Positions 60,338 to 64,000 of a DNA stretch of 64,000 nt are shown here, in pieces. The notes below the pieces were generated by a model. That model searched no databases. It saw only the letters and a list, made by a program, of their open reading frames with translations, and was not told the origin of the DNA. The stretch comes from Promethearchaeia archaeon (GTDB taxonomy: Archaea; Asgardarchaeota; Lokiarchaeia; Sigyniarchaeales; SOKP01), in contig JAWOCD010000005.1 in assembly GCA_046483985.1 (NCBI GenBank), positions 52,655-116,654 of the forward strand, in the 5' to 3' direction. A program made the translations under genes and the position numbers. Numbering within the stretch: the first letter of the stretch is position 1; the number at the start of each line of letters is the position of its first letter.

Positions 60338-61369
60338 TTGAAAACCACCAAACGGCGCAAGCTTTCCAAGCAAGTTACCGATATCATGCCCACCTATCGG
60401 ACTCATCACATCGAAAACTACAAAGAGGTAATCCAAAAAAAGATGGAAGGCGGCAAGGAAGATGTAGCGCAAATGCTCGAAGGACTCATTGAAGACGAGG
60501 AAACGCCCACGCCGAAGGCAATACACGGCGAAATCAGGGAGACACACCTCAGTGCAGAGGTATGGGAGGGCTTACTCAGAGAATACGAGGATCATTGGTC
60601 CGGCGACGAGTATTCCCATTACCGATTCCGCCTCACCGAGCGCATCCTCCAAGCCCTCCGCGACCGCACCGAGACCGACTATATCCGAGTCCTTCAAGAC
60701 GCCGTCCGCGCCGAGCATGAGTTCTCCAAGGAGCGCATCCAAGACGAATACGGCAAGGCATCCAGAGTCGCCGAAGACCTCGTACGCCAGTTCGAGAGGG
60801 ACTTCCTCATCGGCTGGCGATATGCCTACAGGCTGGAAAAAGAGATAGAAAAGGAACAATTAGACGTATTTCTGGGCGAATATCAAGCTGGTTCAAAAGA
60901 GCTCGTTGATCTCCTAAATTTCATCGAGGAACACTTCAATAGAAAAGATGTTACCGATACACTCCAAAGCGAACACAAGGGCGTTCCAAATCTCTACGAG
61001 GACCTCGATGAGTGGCTTAAAAAAAATTACGAAGTTCTCTACCAGAAAGTGGAGAACTTGGTGGAAAACCATCCAAAAATTGAGAAAATAGGGGAAGGCA
61101 AGATCGTCGCCTCCCTCCTCCGCTACGCCTTTACCAAGAAGATGCTGATGGGCGACAGAGAGACGTGGCTGGCGTGCGGGCTCAAGCACCACTACGAAAA
61201 GGGCAGTTATCCCTCAGCCTTCGAACGCCTTCTCCCGAGCCAAAAGGCTTCCAGTTTCTACTGGGCGAGGTTAAATGAACATGCGGCGGACAATATTGAG
61301 TGGGGGGAAGCAGACATCGCGAAGGACTTTTCCAGCAACCAGTTGCAAGAGAAGAAAGACAAAAACTGA
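60338..61369 (+). CDS. Hypothetical helical protein in the GC-rich patch (start uncertain; ATG 60386 possible)
   Basis: 343-aa ORF with GC-rich codon usage. Confidence 0.7.
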   Translation: MKTTKRRKLSKQVTDIMPTYRTHHIENYKEVIQKKMEGGKEDVAQMLEGLIEDEETPTPKAIHGEIRETHLSAEVWEGLLREYEDHWSGDEYSHYRFRLTERILQALRDRTETDYIRVLQDAVRAEHEFSKERIQDEYGKASRVAEDLVRQFERDFLIGWRYAYRLEKEIEKEQLDVFLGEYQAGSKELVDLLNFIEEHFNRKDVTDTLQSEHKGVPNLYEDLDEWLKKNYEVLYQKVENLVENHPKIEKIGEGKIVASLLRYAFTKKMLMGDRETWLACGLKHHYEKGSYPSAFERLLPSQKASSFYWARLNEHAADNIEWGEADIAKDFSSNQLQEKKDKN

Positions 61370-61454
61370 GCCCCCCGGTGACGCCAGCGGCACCCATAGA
61401 TTTAAATACCGCCGCCCCCTCTAAAAGAGTAGGGAGAAAAAAAAAACTAAATGT

Positions 61455-61531
61455 AAAATATAAAATACAAAATACAAAATACAAAATACAAAATACAAAA
61501 TACAAAATACAAAATACAAAATACAAAATAC
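61455..61531. repeat. Heptanucleotide tandem repeat (AAAATAC)x10
   Basis: Ten perfect copies at 61462-61531, preceded by AAAATAT. Confidence 0.95.
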
Positions 61532-61564
61532 CGAACAAAAAAAAAGAGTGTGAAGAATCCAGCA

Positions 61565-62872
61565 ATGAAACTCGGACGCGTCATCGAGCACCGCCACCCG
61601 CTCATCCGCAACCTCTGCTACACCTTAAGAGAGGTATTGAGAACCGCGTGCTTCGAGAAGGGGTTGGAAATCGAAGAAGAAGCCTCACGTATTATCCATG
61701 AGGCATATGAATTTCCACGGGGAAGCGAAGAGCGTGAAAGATTGAGAGAAAAAGGTCACAAAGTTAAAAAGCGCGCCAATCATTGGAAGAACACCTTCCG
61801 CGGCACCATCTGCGCGTGCGGCTCGTGCGGCCTTACCAAGCAGACTATGATCTACACCAAAGGCCTATATCTCGAAGGGTTAGACCATCAATTCCCGGAT
61901 CGGTGGATTTGCATTCACTGCTACAACAAGCGTCAAGAGGTGGAAGATTTTATCATCAACGACCACTTGTCCCTCCGCGCCGATGGCGCACAAATAAATA
62001 TCTACGTGGACGGCGAAGAGTTCAAGACTTGCAAGTTTCTACCCATCATGATCGAGCTCAACGACGAGGAGCAGATGCAAACCCAAGCCGAAGCCGGCTC
62101 GATCGACGAGTTGGAGGGCAGCTTCGGAGGCGAAGACCAAAAACTCCCGCTCCCGCTATTCATACGGGACGAAATGCAAGCCCACGCCTCCAACCTTCAA
62201 GTCTGGGCGGAGCATGACTACGACACAACCCTCTTACATCGCTCGCTTGCCTTCCCGTTGCTCAAGGAACTCACGAAGGCGGGCGATGAGAAGGCAGCCC
62301 GCGTGTTTCGCCGGGAAATCAAAAAGCGTTTCCTCAGCGGTTACCCGCCGGTCCAAGAATTCCTCCGCGAGGAGGGATACCTTAAATTTCTTTCGGCGGA
62401 GGATTTAAAAGACTTGCGCCAAAGGTTCGATGAGGAAATTAACTTTATAGACATAGAGCTATTTTTAAAAAGACCCCAACTGGAGAGGGGCGTTCCGGAA
62501 GCCAGAAAGGAATTGATTGAAAACATTCGGCTTAGATTTCAAGAAAACGACTATCAAACAGTTGAGCATTTCCTGAAATATGATTATTTAGAGTATCTAA
62601 CGCAAGACGAAATCGACTCCGTTCCCGAACTTAAACGATTAAGCGCGTTAAGCGAAAGAATGTCCGATTTGCAGTTGTTAATAAATTGGGCCAACTCGGG
62701 AAACCAAGAAGGCAAAGAGAGGCTGAAAGAGGTGGTGAGCGCGGCATTCGCCGATGGAAAGTTTTATATAAAAACATTCTTCATAAAAAAGGGATGTTTG
62801 GATTTTTTCACGGAAGACGAGCGAAAGGCTCTTACAGAACGCGAAGAGCTTACCATTAGAAAGGAATGTTAG
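61565..62872 (+). CDS. Hypothetical protein: Zn-finger plus a Lokiarchaeal expanded domain (HxSNLQxWxEx.YDT.LLH..LAFPLL)
   Basis: CGSC...CIHC; the motif recalls a domain I associate with many Lokiarchaeal proteins (from memory, not searched); degenerate helical repeats at the C-terminus. Confidence 0.75.
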   Translation: MKLGRVIEHRHPLIRNLCYTLREVLRTACFEKGLEIEEEASRIIHEAYEFPRGSEERERLREKGHKVKKRANHWKNTFRGTICACGSCGLTKQTMIYTKGLYLEGLDHQFPDRWICIHCYNKRQEVEDFIINDHLSLRADGAQINIYVDGEEFKTCKFLPIMIELNDEEQMQTQAEAGSIDELEGSFGGEDQKLPLPLFIRDEMQAHASNLQVWAEHDYDTTLLHRSLAFPLLKELTKAGDEKAARVFRREIKKRFLSGYPPVQEFLREEGYLKFLSAEDLKDLRQRFDEEINFIDIELFLKRPQLERGVPEARKELIENIRLRFQENDYQTVEHFLKYDYLEYLTQDEIDSVPELKRLSALSERMSDLQLLINWANSGNQEGKERLKEVVSAAFADGKFYIKTFFIKKGCLDFFTEDERKALTEREELTIRKEC

Positions 62873-62994
62873 ATAAAGTTTCAAATTTTCTAATTTTAAA
62901 AAATTAGATATAAGATAGATAATATCGTAAAATTAAGGACTAAATTGCAAGTTCGGAAAATTAATAAAAGATTAAATGAAAAGGATGTGATAAT

Positions 62995-63141
62995 ATGCAC
63001 TCCAGAGGAAATGGTATATTAAAGGAAGAGAAAACACTGGAAGAGATTCATAAGATAAGAGAAAAGCTCTCCAAAATGGATGAAGAGGAAAAAAAGAAGC
63101 TCCTTAAAAAAGTTAGAGAAAAGTATAAGGAACTCTTCTGA
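62995..63141 (+). CDS. Small charged helical protein (48 aa)
   Basis: MHSRGNGILKEEKTLEEIHKIREKLSKMDEEEKKKLLKKVREKYKELF, preceded by an SD-like GATGTGA. Confidence 0.5.
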   Translation: MHSRGNGILKEEKTLEEIHKIREKLSKMDEEEKKKLLKKVREKYKELF

Positions 63142-63294
63142 ATAGAAATTAGTAGTACGACATTAGGATGCCGACCCTTCCCATGTTTCTGCTCTTTTTG
63201 TTCGATGTGAAGTCTCTCTCCCCTATGTCTTTTTATAGCCCTAATCCATATTGGCCATATGAATTATATGTATAGCCCAAAGTGATGAGTCAGT

Positions 63295-63495
63295 ATGAAA
63301 ATAGATATCGATACTCTCACGATCATTAACGATGAGACGATTCGGATGGAGGCGAACCCGCCCCGCCAGGAGGTCAATGTAGGTCGGGATAAATTAGAAC
63401 AGTTAGGGTGGGAAATAATTGAGCCGCCTTCCGAAAGCAGCGAAGATAGGGAGAAATGGATACTGGAGAAAAAAATCTCAAAGAAAATGTATTAA
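63295..63495 (+). CDS. Small hypothetical protein
   Basis: 66-aa ORF with protein-like composition. Confidence 0.5.
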   Translation: MKIDIDTLTIINDETIRMEANPPRQEVNVGRDKLEQLGWEIIEPPSESSEDREKWILEKKISKKMY

Positions 63496-63585
63496 CTTTA
63501 GTCGGAAATTTATATAACTAAAAAAGAAATAATAATATATTTTAATTTGTATATTGTAAAATAGGTAAAAAAGAGTCAAATAAGG

Positions 63586-63831
63586 ATGTCAGAAGAGAAA
63601 ATATTAAGATTCAAAAATATCATCTTGTGTAAATTGGAAATAACCTTTGAAGAAAATCTAATAAATCCTCCAGATATAATTGGAGAAATAAATGTAAATA
63701 ATTTGATGGGGATTTCAACAATTTTTTTGGATAATATTGGGAAGGATGATATCACATTCATTTTAACTTCAAAAAATAATCGAGAAACGGACAATAAAAA
63801 AAAAAAAAAAAAAAAAAAAAATATCTATTGA
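63586..63831 (+). pseudogene. ORF broken at an A26 tract
   Basis: Poly-A at 63796-63821; coding-like sequence continues in another frame (ISIESTTESIIKINKKYISY...). Confidence 0.45.
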
Positions 63832-64000
63832 ATCCACAACTGAATCAATAATAAAAATTAATAAAAAGTATATTAGTTACATCACTCCTCCCTTCAAGGA
63901 GATTAAGTATGAAAAAATTATTGATAATTTATCAGGAAATAGTAAAATCAGATAATTATCTGATTTTAAATGATTTCTTTGAGAATATTAATCAAAAAAA

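Noticed and set aside
61455-61531. Possible CRISPR array
   Set aside because: A 7-bp unit with no spacers and no cas genes nearby.
61182-61701. ORFs containing KYKIQNT / ILYFVFC repeats
   Set aside because: Translations of the heptamer microsatellite that overlap real genes.

Overview
AT-rich archaeal chromosome segment, almost certainly from Lokiarchaeia/Promethearchaeia (Asgard archaea). The assignment rests on a eukaryote-like actin (Lokiactin), a Rab-like GTPase, roadblock and LRR proteins, and archaeal CDC48, FEN1, Nob1, aIF5A, SRP54, Hef, RpoK and PAN. Most of the window is housekeeping or metabolic genes, plus one tRNA-Val(CAC), two IS200/IS605-derived non-autonomous remnants, two pseudogene or partial copies, and a GC-richer accessory patch after actin. 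The top finding is an apparently unannotated multi-selenocysteine protein. The beta-grasp (MoaD/Urm1/ubiquitin-like) ORF divergent from arsR appears to stop at TGA-GGG-TGA-TGA-GGG-GGT (U-G-U-U-G-G), stays open for 36 more codons after the GG, and is followed immediately by a eukaryote-type SECIS hairpin (AUGA-N11-AAA...GA). Its promoter region shares sequence blocks with the region upstream of a rubredoxin-fused ACR3 arsenite exporter 18 kb away, suggesting an ArsR-controlled, selenol-based arsenic-handling system. Other notable items are a CDC48 N-domain fused to NadC, a DapA-like domain lacking its catalytic Lys fused to an APH-type kinase, and a duplicated promoter in front of a globin/B12-binding gene. 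All calls are from manual reading; no searches or folding programs were run.
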